A stretch of 64,000 bases of DNA. Origin: an uncultured Coriobacteriaceae bacterium (GTDB lineage Bacteria; Actinomycetota; Coriobacteriia; Coriobacteriales; UMGS124). The DNA lies in the NCBI GenBank assembly GCA_900539345.1, contig UQBS01000002.1, forward strand, positions 15,723 to 79,722. Direction: 5' to 3'. Positions 17,746 to 27,715 of this stretch are shown piece after piece (position 1 is the first letter of the stretch; each line of letters opens with the position of its first letter). Position numbers and translations under genes: made by a program. The notes under the pieces were generated by a model. It saw only the letters and a list, made by a program, of their open reading frames with translations. It was not told where the DNA came from and did no database searches.

Positions 17746-19257
17746 GTGGATATAAACGAATGGCTTGTCAAGGTGACAGGCGATATCGACGGCTTCATGT
17801 ACACCTACATCCTGTTGGCGCTGCTTGTGTTCACGGGTATCTGGTACACGATTCGTACCCGCGCGGTGCAGATTCGCTATATCAAGGACATGTTCACCCA
17901 GCTCACGGAGAAGAAGCACGTTGAGGGCGGGCACGCCATCTCGTCGTTCCAGGCGCTGATGGTGTCCACGGCGAGTCGCGTGGGCACGGGCAACATCGCC
18001 GGCGTCGCCACCGCCGTCGCCACCGGCGGCCCGGGCGCCGTCTTCTGGATGTGGGTCATGGCGCTCGTGGGCGCCGCCTCGGCCTTCATCGAGTCCACGC
18101 TTGCCCAGATCTTCAAGGTGAGGGGCAAGGACGGCGAGTTCCGCGGAGGCCCCGCCTACTATATCGAGCAGGGCCTGGGACATCGCTGGCTCGGCATCGT
18201 CTTTGCCGTGCTGCTCATCCTGTGCTTCGCGTTCGGCTTCAACGGCCTGCAGGCCTTCAATGCGGCCAGCTCGCTTGAGTACTATACGGGCAAGGGTGCT
18301 CTTGGCCACAAGGCCGCCATTGCCTGCGGCATCGTGCTTGCCGTTATGACGGCGTTCGTCATCTTCGGCGGTGCGCGTCGCATCAGCGTCATCACCTCGA
18401 TCATCGTGCCTGTCATGGCGCTCGTCTACATCGCCATCGCTATGTGGACCACGTTCTCCAACATCACCGACCTGCCTGCCGTCTTCGGCCTCATGTTCGC
18501 TTCGGCCTTCGACTGGCAGTCCATCTTCGGCGGATTCGCTGGTTCGGTGGTCATGCTGGGCATCAAGCGCGGCCTGTACTCCAACGAGGCCGGTATGGGC
18601 TCCGCGCCTAACGCCGCCGCCACCGCGAGCGTTTCCCACCCCGTGAAGCAGGGCCTCGTGCAGAGTCTGTCCGTCTACATCGACACGCTGGTCATCTGCA
18701 CCTGCTCGGCGATGATGGTCCTCGTGTTCTACGTGCAGAACCCGGCTGCCGCCGAGGGTCTCAACGGCATGCCCCTCGTGCAGATGGCCGTGAACAACGC
18801 GGTGGGCGAGTGGGGCATCCACGTCATCACGTTCGCCATCTTCGCGTTCGCCTTCTCGAGCCTCATCGGCAACTACTTCTACGCCGAGAGCAACCTGCGC
18901 TTCATCAAGGACGGTAGCCCCGTGCTGCTCACCGTGTTCCGCCTTGCCTGCATCGTCTTCATCTACCTCGGTGCTGTCAACAGCTTCGACCTTGCCTGGA
19001 ACCTGGCAGACATCTTCATGGGCTTCATGGCCATTATGAACCTCCTCGCCATTCTCCTGCTGGGCAAGTGGGCCATCCGCGCGCTTGACGACTACACGGC
19101 GCAGCGCAACGCCGGCAAGGACCCGGTGTTCGTGGCCGATTCCATCGAGGGTCTGCCCGCCACCCAGTGCTGGCACGTGGGAGAGGACGACCTCAAGGAC
19201 GTGGGCCCCGAGCCGGTGAAGGAGTTCTGGCGCGAGTCGATCGACCCGGAGCAGTAA
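17746..19257 (+). CDS. alanine/glycine:cation symporter (AGCS family)
   Basis: Family motifs: FQALMVSTASRVGTGNIAGVATA...GGPGAVFWMW, GLYSNEAGMGSAP. Start at the GTG at 17746 after AGAGGGGG. Confidence 0.9.
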   Translation: MDINEWLVKVTGDIDGFMYTYILLALLVFTGIWYTIRTRAVQIRYIKDMFTQLTEKKHVEGGHAISSFQALMVSTASRVGTGNIAGVATAVATGGPGAVFWMWVMALVGAASAFIESTLAQIFKVRGKDGEFRGGPAYYIEQGLGHRWLGIVFAVLLILCFAFGFNGLQAFNAASSLEYYTGKGALGHKAAIACGIVLAVMTAFVIFGGARRISVITSIIVPVMALVYIAIAMWTTFSNITDLPAVFGLMFASAFDWQSIFGGFAGSVVMLGIKRGLYSNEAGMGSAPNAAATASVSHPVKQGLVQSLSVYIDTLVICTCSAMMVLVFYVQNPAAAEGLNGMPLVQMAVNNAVGEWGIHVITFAIFAFAFSSLIGNYFYAESNLRFIKDGSPVLLTVFRLACIVFIYLGAVNSFDLAWNLADIFMGFMAIMNLLAILLLGKWAIRALDDYTAQRNAGKDPVFVADSIEGLPATQCWHVGEDDLKDVGPEPVKEFWRESIDPEQ

Positions 19258-19402
19258 GAGCGCCTGGCTGAGCCGCCCAACATACACGTGTTCCCTGTGC
19301 GGCACCCTTTGCGGGGTGCCGCTCTTTGTATACGGCCTGCTACCATAGGTGAAGCATGAGGACTTTGGAGGGCGCCCTATGCGGGCCCAGAGAGGATGTG
19401 CC

Positions 19403-20011
19403 ATGAGCGAGAAGAAGACGGTGGTCGTTGCCAGCAACAACGCCCACAAGATCGAGGAGATCCGCGCGATTCTGGGCGCGGTGCTGCCTGACGCCGAGTT
19501 CAAGGCGATGGGCGAGATCGGCGGGCTTCCCGAGCCTGAGGAGACGGGCACGACCTTCGAGGAGAACGCCTTCATCAAGGCGCAGACCATCCACGACCTC
19601 ACCGGCCTGCCCACGGTGGCCGACGACTCGGGCCTCGTGGTGGACGCCCTCGACGGGGCACCGGGCGTCTATTCGGCCCGCTATTGCGGTGTGCACGGGG
19701 ACGACGCCGCCAACAACGCGAAGCTGCTGCGCGAGATGGAGGGCGTGCCGCAGGAGAAGCGTACGGCCCGCTTCATGAGCTGCGTGGCCTATGTCGATGC
19801 CGACGTGCGTACCTGCGGCATCGGCTCGTGCGAGGGCACTGTGGGCTTCGAGGGCCGTGGTACCAACGGCTTCGGCTACGACCCGCTCTTCTGGCCTGAG
19901 GACACGCCCGGCAAGACCATGGCCGAGCTCACGCCCGAGGAGAAGAACGCCATCTCGCATCGCAAGCACGCCATCGAGGCGCTCGCCCAGGAGCTCGCGA
20001 AGCTCGGATAG
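19403..20011 (+). CDS. rdgB: non-canonical purine NTP pyrophosphatase (RdgB/HAM1 family)
   Basis: ASNN.HK..E, E.G.TF.ENA..KA, DDSGL.VDAL.G.PGVYSARY, FGYDP.F. Confidence 0.9.
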   Translation: MSEKKTVVVASNNAHKIEEIRAILGAVLPDAEFKAMGEIGGLPEPEETGTTFEENAFIKAQTIHDLTGLPTVADDSGLVVDALDGAPGVYSARYCGVHGDDAANNAKLLREMEGVPQEKRTARFMSCVAYVDADVRTCGIGSCEGTVGFEGRGTNGFGYDPLFWPEDTPGKTMAELTPEEKNAISHRKHAIEALAQELAKLG

Positions 20012-20026
20012 GCGCGCCTTATACGC

Positions 20027-20101
20027 AAAACGCAAACGTACGCGCGTTTTTTGAGGCTTTCCTGGGGAAACGCCGAAAAAAGCAGCGTACGTTTGCGTTT
20101 T
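20027..20101. terminator. mirror-image terminator region between convergent rdgB and dtd
   Basis: 17-bp perfect inverted repeat AAAACGCAAACGTACGC / GCGTACGTTTGCGTTTT. Each arm also forms a local AAAACGC/GCGTTTT hairpin next to a T (or A) run. Confidence 0.5.
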
Positions 20102-20151
20102 AATGCGAGAGAGGTCTGTATCGCGCGTTGTGCGGCGCTTCCGGCGACGGC

Positions 20152-20598
20152 CTACAGCTGGTCGGTGTCGAGCCAGATGGTGAAGGGGCCGGAGTTTACC
20201 AGGGAGACTTGCATGTCGGCGCCGAACTCGCCCGTTTGCACTTCGCCCATGTCGGTGCGTACCATCTCGCAAAAGCGCTCGTAGAGGGCGCGTGCGGTGT
20301 CGGGGGCGCCGGCGGAGGTGAACGAGGGGCGGTTGCCGTGCTTGCAGTCGGCGTAGAGCGTGAACTGGCTCACCACAAGCACCTGGCCGTCCACGTCGGT
20401 AAGCGAACGGTTTGTCTTGCCGGCCTCGTCCTCGAAGATGCGCAGCTTGCGAATCTTGTCCCAAAGCTTGCGCGCGACTGCCTCGTCGTCGGCGTGCCCC
20501 ACGCCGAGAAGGATGAGGTAGCCGCGCCCGATGCGGCCGACCGTTGCGCCCGCGATGTCGACCTGTGCCTGTTCCACGCGCTGGATGAGTGCTCGCAT
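20152..20598 (-). CDS. dtd: D-aminoacyl-tRNA deacylase
   Basis: MRALIQRV....V..., SQFTLYAD...G.RPSF, and the GPFT motif near the C-terminus. The track ORF's 5' extension overlaps the neighbouring gene and was trimmed to the ATG at 20598. Confidence 0.9.
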   Translation of the reverse strand: MRALIQRVEQAQVDIAGATVGRIGRGYLILLGVGHADDEAVARKLWDKIRKLRIFEDEAGKTNRSLTDVDGQVLVVSQFTLYADCKHGNRPSFTSAGAPDTARALYERFCEMVRTDMGEVQTGEFGADMQVSLVNSGPFTIWLDTDQL

Positions 20599-20740
20599 GT
20601 GCGTCCTTTCAAAGTCGTCGTTGCCGGCAGACATGATACCAACGCTCGACAAGAAGAGCCCTGCCTTCACAGGGAAGACGGGGCTCTTTGCGCATCGGGG
20701 GATGCGTGGAGGGGATTGTCGTGCGAGGGGGTGTCGTGCC

Positions 20741-22552
20741 TTACGCCAGGGCGTTGGCAGCGGCGGACTGGCCGGCGATGCGGCCAAAGACGATGATGTC
20801 GGTGAAGGAGTTGCCGCCCAGACGGTTGCCGCCTTGGACGCCGCCCGTGCACTCACCGGCAGCGTAGAGGTTGGCGATGGGGGTGCCGTCGTCCTTCGTC
20901 ACCTGAGCGTCGGTGTTGATGGCCAGGCCGCCCATGGTGTAGTGGATCGTGGGGATACGCTTGGAGGCGTAGAAGGGGCCGTCCTCGACCTTGTCGCCCA
21001 GGAGCTTCTTGCCGGGGTCGACCATGGTGTCCTCGCCGGCGTCGATGACCGCGTTGTAGCCGTCGATGGTCTCCTCGAGGGTGGCGGGGTCGAGCTCGAT
21101 CTGCTCGGCCAGGTCGGCGATGGTGTCGGCCTGGAAGCTGTGGCCGGTGGCCACGAGGTCGGCAATCTGGTCGAGACGGTCGTCGGTGATGTCGGTGGAG
21201 TCGACGATGAGCCACATCTCGTCGTTGGTCTGCTCAAGGATGGCGTTGGCGATCTCGTCGCGGCGGCCGTCCTCGGCGGTGAAGCGCTTGGCCTCGTCGT
21301 TCACCATGACGTAGTCCTCAACGCCCAGCCAGTTGCCCACGAAGGTGGCCACGCCGCCGTTCTGGGGGTCGCCGAGCGGGTGAATTTGCACGAGCTCCAT
21401 GTTCTTGAGACCGGCGCCGATCTCCTGAGCCATGGGGATGGCATCGCCGGTGGCGCTCACGTTGCAGGAAGAGGGCATGGTCTCGGTCACGCGGGTGTCG
21501 TACTGCATGGCGAGCTGGGGGTTGCGGGCATAGCCACCGGTGGCCATGACAACGGACTTAGCGGTGACGGTGACGGGGTTGCCGGAAGAGACGCGGGAGC
21601 CCGTGACGCCCGTGACGTTGCCGTCGGCGTCGGTGGAGATGGCCTCAACCTTTGCGTCGGTGTAGTACTTCACGCCCAGGCGAGTGGCGCAGTCCATGAG
21701 GCAGCTGACGTAATAGGCGCCGCCCTGCTGACCCATCTTCTGAACCTTGATGGAGTGGCCGCGCTGCCACTTGCCGCCGATGGCCGTGAAGACCTCGTCG
21801 TTGAAGACCAGACCGTGGGCCTCCATCCAGTGGATGCCGTCAAGGGCGTTGTCGGCCAGGATGCGCACGAGCTCGGGGTCGGCCTTCTCGTCGCCGCCCT
21901 CGTAGGTGTCCTCAAAGAACTTGTCGGCGGAATCTTCGATGCCCATGGGGTCCTGGCGGGCGGGGTCGGGGGAGTTAAAGGTGCCCTCGCCGCAGTTGGT
22001 GTTGCCGCCGTAGATGTCCATCTTGTCGAGCAGGATGACCTTGGCACCGGCCTCGGCAGCGGAGACGGCAGCGGCCATGCCGGCGCCGCCCGTACCCACG
22101 ACCACGACGTCGCACTCCTCCTCGATGGCGGGTGCGGGCTCAAGGCCGCTCTCGGCGTCCTCGAGGGCATCAACGTCAGCGCCGGCCTGCTCGTAGGCGT
22201 CGGCCAGAGCGGACTTGAAGCCGAAGGAGGTGAGGGTGGCGCCGGTCACGGAGTCGAGGTTGAGCGTCTGAGACTCAAGGGCGCGCTGCGTCAGGATCTC
22301 GATGGCGGCGTCGCCGATGTTCTTGGACTCGTTGGAGCGGGCGACGATGGCGGTGAGCTTGCCGTCCTTGAACGTGGCCTCAAGATCGATGTCGCCGTTG
22401 CGGCCGGTGCCGGTGGCGGCGTAGGTGCCGTCGGCGATGGAGGAAGCGGCCTCCTCTGCCTTGGCGAGCTGGACGCCGCCCATGGCTGCGACGGCGGCGA
22501 GGCCGGCGGCGCCGGCGACGAACTGACGACGGGTGGAAGTGGTGGTGAACAT
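20741..22552 (-). CDS. Tat-exported flavoprotein reductase (FMN_bind domain plus FAD-binding fumarate/urocanate reductase-like domain), substrate unknown
   Basis: Twin-arginine signal [22 protein letters not shown]-binding domain with a flavinylation-type motif [13 protein letters not shown] fold [15 protein letters not shown] and C-terminal [16 protein letters not shown]. Start at the ATG at 22552. Confidence 0.85.
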   Translation of the reverse strand: MFTTTSTRRQFVAGAAGLAAVAAMGGVQLAKAEEAASSIADGTYAATGTGRNGDIDLEATFKDGKLTAIVARSNESKNIGDAAIEILTQRALESQTLNLDSVTGATLTSFGFKSALADAYEQAGADVDALEDAESGLEPAPAIEEECDVVVVGTGGAGMAAAVSAAEAGAKVILLDKMDIYGGNTNCGEGTFNSPDPARQDPMGIEDSADKFFEDTYEGGDEKADPELVRILADNALDGIHWMEAHGLVFNDEVFTAIGGKWQRGHSIKVQKMGQQGGAYYVSCLMDCATRLGVKYYTDAKVEAISTDADGNVTGVTGSRVSSGNPVTVTAKSVVMATGGYARNPQLAMQYDTRVTETMPSSCNVSATGDAIPMAQEIGAGLKNMELVQIHPLGDPQNGGVATFVGNWLGVEDYVMVNDEAKRFTAEDGRRDEIANAILEQTNDEMWLIVDSTDITDDRLDQIADLVATGHSFQADTIADLAEQIELDPATLEETIDGYNAVIDAGEDTMVDPGKKLLGDKVEDGPFYASKRIPTIHYTMGGLAINTDAQVTKDDGTPIANLYAAGECTGGVQGGNRLGGNSFTDIIVFGRIAGQSAAANALA

Positions 22553-22939
22553 GTGGACCCCTTTCGACACTGACTTTGACGTGCATTGCCTGATGGATGT
22601 CGCTTTGCCCGGCGCTTGCGCCCTAGGTGTCTTGCATCCCGTGTCTTGCATCCGGGATGCGTGTGCCTCGAGTGCCGCGCTGTGCTTTGCTGACTCGTAC
22701 AATGCGCCGAAAACGCCGCCGCCGAAATTGCACGAACGGTGTGGTTGTTGGTTTTGCCCCTCGCACACCTTTGGTGTGAGTCTCATCATGCCTGATAGGT
22801 TGATGTGTCAAGCCAAAAGGCGGCGAAAAAGAAATCCGCCGCCCCCTCGCGGTGCGAAGGAGCGGCGGATGCGTGCAGGGGGTCGCGCAGGGCTCGAAAC
22901 GGGTCGCAAGACCCCGATACGTGTCGTATTTTCGGGTGC

Positions 22940-24370
22940 CTATTTTTGACTTTCGCCCATCTGTTCCATGAGCAGATCGAGCAACTCCTGCTTGGAATGG
23001 ACGCCCACTTTCGTGTACAGGTGGCGGGCGTGGCTGCGCACCGTGTTCTCCGAGATGCACAGGCTTTCGGCGATGTAGCCCTTCGAGCGGCCCTTGCAGA
23101 TGAGCTCCATGACCTCAAGCTCGCGGTCGGTGAGGCCGGAGTCGTGCCCGAGGCGCTTGCATGCGTTGCCGAGCGCGTCGAAAAGCGCCGGGGGCACGGG
23201 AGGCTTCTCGAGGTCGGCAAAGACGCGTCCAGCTGAGAAGTCGCGCTCGTCGAGCATGAAAATACTGGCCATGGCGAGCAGGTACACGATGACGGAGACG
23301 AGCGAGGTCATGGCAACGCTCGTGGTGAAGAGGCCTCCGATCGCGCGTCCCACGGGGAAGGGCAGACAGTACGCCGTCCAGCCCATGGCAAACACTGCCA
23401 GGGGGTTGATGGTGCTGCGGTGGGCCACATCGGCGAGGAACGCCCACAGCAGCATGACCACGAGCGTCTGTCCCACAGCCACAAAGACGAGCGCCCAGCC
23501 CGAGAAGGCGCGGCCGAAAAGGGGCAGTGCGAGCACGCCCGTTGCCGTGAACACAAGTGTGGCGCGCCACAAGTCGGAGAAGTGCAGCGAGCGGCGCTTG
23601 ACCAGGACAACCCAGATGATGCCTGCGGCAGTGGCGACCTCGAGCAGGTGGTGGACGAGTGAGAGTGCCGCCTTGGGGGCGGGGTCGGCTTCCACATGGA
23701 TGCCCTGCATGATGCCGATGACCAGCCCGTATGCGGCGATGCCGAAGAGGATTTTGATGTAGGGGCGCTGCCTGCGTGGGTCGACCAGCACTTCGACCGG
23801 CTTGGCCGGGGGTTGTGCCGCCATGGCGCGGTCGCACAGGATGAATGACGCGAACGGAAGAACTGCGCACACTGCGGCGGCCCACGCGTCGGGTATGAGG
23901 TCGATGGGAATCTTGACGAGGCTGCCTATGAGCATCGCCCCAAAGATGCAGGCAAGCGCGTCGCGTGTCTCAAGCGCCGCGTAGAAGAACGACCATTGCA
24001 TGTACGTCCAGCCCATGCCGATGCCGCAGAATACCGCCGCTGCCTGGAGTATCTGTTCGGCGGGGAGTCCTTGGGGCAAGGGGAGGACGAGTGCGAGGGT
24101 TCCCAGCGCCATGAGCGTGGCGAGGGGCCAGTGGATCCACGAGAGGGTCTTTGAAGTGGGCTTCGCCAGAAGGGCCCCTATCGTGAGGCCAGGCGTGAAG
24201 AGCGTGAGCGAGATGTAGATGGTGACGGTGAGCGTCATCTGGGGGTGTGCCGCGCTGGCGAGGTGACAGGCGTCCCAAATCCACACGTGGCCGCACAGGA
24301 TGCCGAAGTAGCACAGGCGCGGGTTGCGCAGCGTGTGGGGAAGAGCTTCGCGGTCTGGAATGAGCGACAT
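22940..24370 (-). CDS. membrane-bound LuxR-family transcriptional regulator (multi-TM N-terminal sensor plus C-terminal HTH)
   Basis: About 10 predicted TM helices followed by the LuxR/GerE HTH (LTDRELEVMELICKGRSKGYIAESLCISENTVRSHARHLYTKVGVHSKQEL). Confidence 0.85.
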   Translation of the reverse strand: MSLIPDREALPHTLRNPRLCYFGILCGHVWIWDACHLASAAHPQMTLTVTIYISLTLFTPGLTIGALLAKPTSKTLSWIHWPLATLMALGTLALVLPLPQGLPAEQILQAAAVFCGIGMGWTYMQWSFFYAALETRDALACIFGAMLIGSLVKIPIDLIPDAWAAAVCAVLPFASFILCDRAMAAQPPAKPVEVLVDPRRQRPYIKILFGIAAYGLVIGIMQGIHVEADPAPKAALSLVHHLLEVATAAGIIWVVLVKRRSLHFSDLWRATLVFTATGVLALPLFGRAFSGWALVFVAVGQTLVVMLLWAFLADVAHRSTINPLAVFAMGWTAYCLPFPVGRAIGGLFTTSVAMTSLVSVIVYLLAMASIFMLDERDFSAGRVFADLEKPPVPPALFDALGNACKRLGHDSGLTDRELEVMELICKGRSKGYIAESLCISENTVRSHARHLYTKVGVHSKQELLDLLMEQMGESQK

Positions 24371-24610
24371 AGCGTGCCCTCACTTGGGATTGGCGGTGTA
24401 TGGATGCAGGCAACATGCCATTCTACAACGCTTTTGTTCCAGGCCGATGATAGGTTCCGCGGGGTTGTGGTCATGCGTTTGGTTGTTTATGGGCCGCAGT
24501 GTTATCAATCGGTGGCAAAGTCACATTCTCATGCTCTGCGCGCCGTGGCGGTCGTACACTGTGCCTTGCAGGGGATGCAAGATTGGAACCTTACGAAAGG
24601 ATGTACGCCC

Positions 24611-24865
24611 ATGTGCACCAACGGCATCAACACCACCCAGTTTGAGCAGCTCATCGACCAGATCGATGACTACGTGGCCCTCCAGGTGCGCCACACCCAC
24701 AAGCTTGCCCATGCCGCCGACAACGCCGGCTACGAGAACTGCCACCTGAAGCTGCATGCCGCCTCCGACATGCTCGCCGAGGTGCGCAACCTGCTCGACG
24801 AGGCCAAGTTTGCGCTGGAGGATGACGTCAACTCCGTTTCTGCCGTTGACGTCCATGCAGTGTAA
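24611..24865 (+). CDS. hypothetical protein (84 aa, helical/acidic)
   Basis: ATG at 24611 after GAAAGGA. Divergent from the LuxR regulator gene. No recognisable family. Confidence 0.4.
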   Translation: MCTNGINTTQFEQLIDQIDDYVALQVRHTHKLAHAADNAGYENCHLKLHAASDMLAEVRNLLDEAKFALEDDVNSVSAVDVHAV

Positions 24866-24868
24866 GTA

Positions 24869-25104
24869 GCGGAACCTTATGCGCTGCGTTCCCGGGAGGC
24901 TAGAGTACTCCAGTACACGTCGCCTCCCGGCGCCTTGCGCATCAGAACCCGCGTTTTAGTGGGTGGCGGAACCGGATGCGCTGCGTTCCGCGGAGTCTCA
25001 TGTACGTCCAGTAGGCCAAAGGCCCGCACCGCGCACGTCGGCATCGCGCGCCCTGCGCATCAGAACCCGCGTTTTGGTGGGTGGCGGAACCGGATGCGCT
25101 GAGG
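24869..25104. repeat. family A nested-hairpin repeat array, locus 1 (about 2.3 units, inverted relative to loci 2 and 3)
   Basis: Contains GCGGAACC..ATGCGC, GCGCATCAGAACCCGCGTTTT and the 8-bp variable stem CGGGAGGC/GCCTCCCG. This is the reverse complement of the unit seen at 31740-32232 and 38347-38556. Confidence 0.85.
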
Positions 25105-25119
25105 TTTTGCTTGTGTATG

Positions 25120-25157
25120 AAAAAAGCCGTCCGGGCTGGTGCTCGGGCGGCTTTTTT
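25120..25157. terminator. bidirectional intrinsic terminator (3' of the VanZ gene)
   Basis: A-run, stem AGCCGTCCG/CGGGCGGCT, then a T6 run. Confidence 0.7.
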
Positions 25158-25162
25158 GTGGC

Positions 25163-25717
25163 TTATGCTGGGATTTTCTTTGCTTTGTGCCGGGTGGTCA
25201 GGGTGTGGACGAGCAGGGTGAGCGCGACTCCGGTGGCAGCGCCGCAGCAGTCAAGTAGGACGTCGCTCACCTGCCCCGAGCGCCCCTCGACGAAGAGCTG
25301 GATGGTCTCGTCGCAGCTTGGCACGCCCACGAGCAGCGCGGCGCACAGCACGACGGCACCCGTGCAATGAGGCGAGCGGTGGGGCGTGAACGCCTGCATG
25401 CCGATGAGTCCCAGCACGAGGTACTCGCTGAAATGGGCGCACTTGCGCACGATGTGGTCGGTCAGCCACTCATAGGGCAGCCCCACGCCGGCCAGGCAGC
25501 CCTGCAGGAACTCGAGCACGCCTCCACTGAGAGCGCCTGAGGTGCTGGCGGGCTCCAACGAGTTTCCCCAGATGAAGCACACCATGAGGCAAAACACGGC
25601 GATCCAAGGCCAGCGTAGGTGCCCCTTGAGACCACGGTTCGTTTCGAGCGTTCCCGTCGTGTTTTGCTTGTCTGTCACGTGCTTCCCCTTTGCCTTGCTG
25701 CGGTCACAATTCTCCAC
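25163..25717 (-). CDS. VanZ family membrane protein
   Basis: Four TM segments with the VanZ-like signature (D...RK.AHF.EY..LG) and C-terminal SD...D..GA..G. Confidence 0.75.
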   Translation of the reverse strand: MENCDRSKAKGKHVTDKQNTTGTLETNRGLKGHLRWPWIAVFCLMVCFIWGNSLEPASTSGALSGGVLEFLQGCLAGVGLPYEWLTDHIVRKCAHFSEYLVLGLIGMQAFTPHRSPHCTGAVVLCAALLVGVPSCDETIQLFVEGRSGQVSDVLLDCCGAATGVALTLLVHTLTTRHKAKKIPA

Positions 25718-25804
25718 TGTATCCCTGCGAGGCGCCGAACTCGTCGAGCGCGTGTGAATTTACCCTCTTGCAATTTCTTTACACGTGGGGTACCTTACGC
25801 CTTG

Positions 25805-25997
25805 CGTATCTGTTACGGGGCGGGGTGAGATTCCCCACCGGCGGTATGGGTCTGGCCGACCCGAGCCCGCGAGCCAGCAATAGCTGGCCGACCTGGTGAG
25901 ATTCCAGGGCCGACGGTATAGTCCGGATGATAGTAACACCTGGTCGTGCCACACATCGCTACCAGAGACCCGCTGCAGCCGTGCGCGGGTCTTTTTG
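25805..25997 (+). promoter_or_regulatory. FMN riboswitch (RFN element) with terminator expression platform
   Basis: Conserved RFN cores GGGGCGGGGTGAGATTCCCCACCGGCGGTA, AGCCCGCGAGC, GGTGAGATTCCAG, GCCGACGGTATAGTCCGGATGA. P1 is TGTTAC/GTAACA. Followed by hairpin AGACCCGC/GCGGGTCT plus T5 at 25966-25996. Confidence 0.9.
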
Positions 25998-26083
25998 TTT
26001 GTAGGAGGCCAGGGGGGCTTCCGGCAAAAAGTGCAGCCCGCGCCTTCACGCCCGCCCAAGGCGGGTAGAAAGGCTGGTGTACC

Positions 26084-26680
26084 ATGGCCGCATCTAACGC
26101 AAGCACCGAGAAGTCCGGAGTCAACAAGGCCAAGCGCAGCCACTGGAGCGTGCGCGAGCTCGTGACGCTTGCCATCTTCAGCGCACTGGGCATGGCTTTG
26201 TCGTTCATCCAGATCCCGATTTTCCCGCCTGCGCCCTACCTGCAGTATGACCCGAGCGGCATCGTCACGCTCACCGTCGCCCTCATGTACGGCCCTGCCG
26301 CCGGCATCATGGTGCAGCTCGTGAGCTGGATTCCCAAGCTCATCATGTCCCCGCTGGGTTCGCTGCTCACCTTTGTCGCCATGATCGGTGCCGTGCTCAT
26401 CGTGGGCCTCATCTACAAGAAGTTCCACAACCTGAAGGGCGCTATCGTGGCCATCGTCGTGGGCTCCGTGGTCTTCACTGCCATTGCCATCGCCATGAAC
26501 TTCGTCATCACCCCCATCTACACGCCTGGCGTTACCGTTGAGGCGGTCGCGAGCATGGTGGTGCCGATCCTTCTTCCCTTCAACATCATCAAGTGCGTCA
26601 TCAACGGCGTTGTCACTGGCCTTCTCTACAAGCCGGTTTCCAACCTTGTGAAGATGCGCGACAGCCGCGCCCACGCATAA
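26084..26680 (+). CDS. ribU: ECF transporter S component, riboflavin-specific by riboswitch context
   Basis: About 200 aa and 6 TM, typical of an ECF S-component, lying directly downstream of the FMN riboswitch. Confidence 0.8.
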   Translation: MAASNASTEKSGVNKAKRSHWSVRELVTLAIFSALGMALSFIQIPIFPPAPYLQYDPSGIVTLTVALMYGPAAGIMVQLVSWIPKLIMSPLGSLLTFVAMIGAVLIVGLIYKKFHNLKGAIVAIVVGSVVFTAIAIAMNFVITPIYTPGVTVEAVASMVVPILLPFNIIKCVINGVVTGLLYKPVSNLVKMRDSRAHA

Positions 26681-26867
26681 CGTAGAAATCCCTGCGTAGG
26701 GTACAACGAACGAATCCGAAGGGAGGTCGCCCGGGCACTGTTTCCGGCGGCCTCCCTTCGCGGGTGTACGCGAGTTTTGACATTGCGTCAGTTTTGGTAT
26801 CCGCGGGGCTCAACATGTGAGGGTCGCCGTGGCACAGCCAAGTTTTCCGCAAGAAAAAGGGGTATGA

Positions 26868-27713
26868 ATGCCGGCTCAGATAGACATTGCCGACGCGAGG
26901 TTTGCCTACGACGGCGAGCACGAGGTACTGCATGGTGTGAACCTGCAGATTGAAGAGGGGTCCTACGTTGTCATTCTCGGCCATAACGGCTCGGGCAAGT
27001 CGACGCTTGCGCGCACGATGAACGCACTTATCGTTCCCGACGAAGGCTCCGTGAGTGCATGCGGCCTGTCCAGCGCCGATCCCGACGAGCAGATCGAGAT
27101 TCGCCGTCATGTGGGCATGGTCTTTCAAAATCCGGACAACCAGATGGTCACGAGCATCGTGGCCGACGACGTCGCTTTTGGCCCGGAGAACCTCGGTATT
27201 CCTCAGCCTGAAATTGTCCGTCGTGTTGACGAGGCGCTCGAGGCCGTTGCCATGACTGAGTACGCCCAGGCCGACCCCACCGAGCTTTCCGGCGGTCAGA
27301 AGCAGCGCGTTTCCATCGCCGGCATGCTCGCCATGAACCCTGACGTGCTCGTGTTCGACGAGCCGTGCGCCATGCTCGACCCGCGTGGCCGCCGTGGCGT
27401 GCGCCGCGTCATGCGCAACCTCAACGAGCGCGGCATGACGATCGTGCACATCACGCACTTCATGGAAGACGCGCTCGACGCCGATGTGGTGCACGTGATG
27501 GACAAGGGCAACATCGTGCTTTCCGGCACGCCCGACGAGGTCTTCGCCCACGGCGACCTTCTCCGCAGCCTGGGTCTTGAGCAGCCGTTTGCCATGAAGC
27601 TGGCCCATGCCCTGCGTGCTCGCGGAATCGATGTGACCGACACTGCCCGCCTTCCCGAGCTTGAGGAGCAGATTTGCAAGCTCGCTGGGATTGATGCAGA
27701 GAAAGGCGAGTAG
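26868..27713 (+). CDS. ecfA1: energy-coupling factor transporter ATPase (EcfA1)
   Basis: Walker A GHNGSGKST, Q-loop, signature LSGGQKQRV, Walker B LVFDEP. Confidence 0.9.
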   Translation: MPAQIDIADARFAYDGEHEVLHGVNLQIEEGSYVVILGHNGSGKSTLARTMNALIVPDEGSVSACGLSSADPDEQIEIRRHVGMVFQNPDNQMVTSIVADDVAFGPENLGIPQPEIVRRVDEALEAVAMTEYAQADPTELSGGQKQRVSIAGMLAMNPDVLVFDEPCAMLDPRGRRGVRRVMRNLNERGMTIVHITHFMEDALDADVVHVMDKGNIVLSGTPDEVFAHGDLLRSLGLEQPFAMKLAHALRARGIDVTDTARLPELEEQICKLAGIDAEKGE

Positions 27714-27715
27714 TC

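Noticed and set aside
17716-19614. 632-aa minus-strand ORF
   Set aside because: It is antisense to the AGCS symporter and the rdgB start. No motifs. Shadow ORF.
20599-20856. 5' extension of the dtd ORF (234 aa in the track)
   Set aside because: It overlaps the 3' end of the reductase gene. Dtd is a ~150-aa protein starting MRALIQRV.
20531-22573. 680-aa plus-strand ORF
   Set aside because: It is antisense to the Tat-exported flavoprotein reductase, whose own frame carries clear FAD/FMN motifs.
25760-26674. 304-aa minus-strand ORF over the riboswitch and ribU
   Set aside because: It covers a canonical FMN riboswitch and is antisense to a clear ECF S-component gene.
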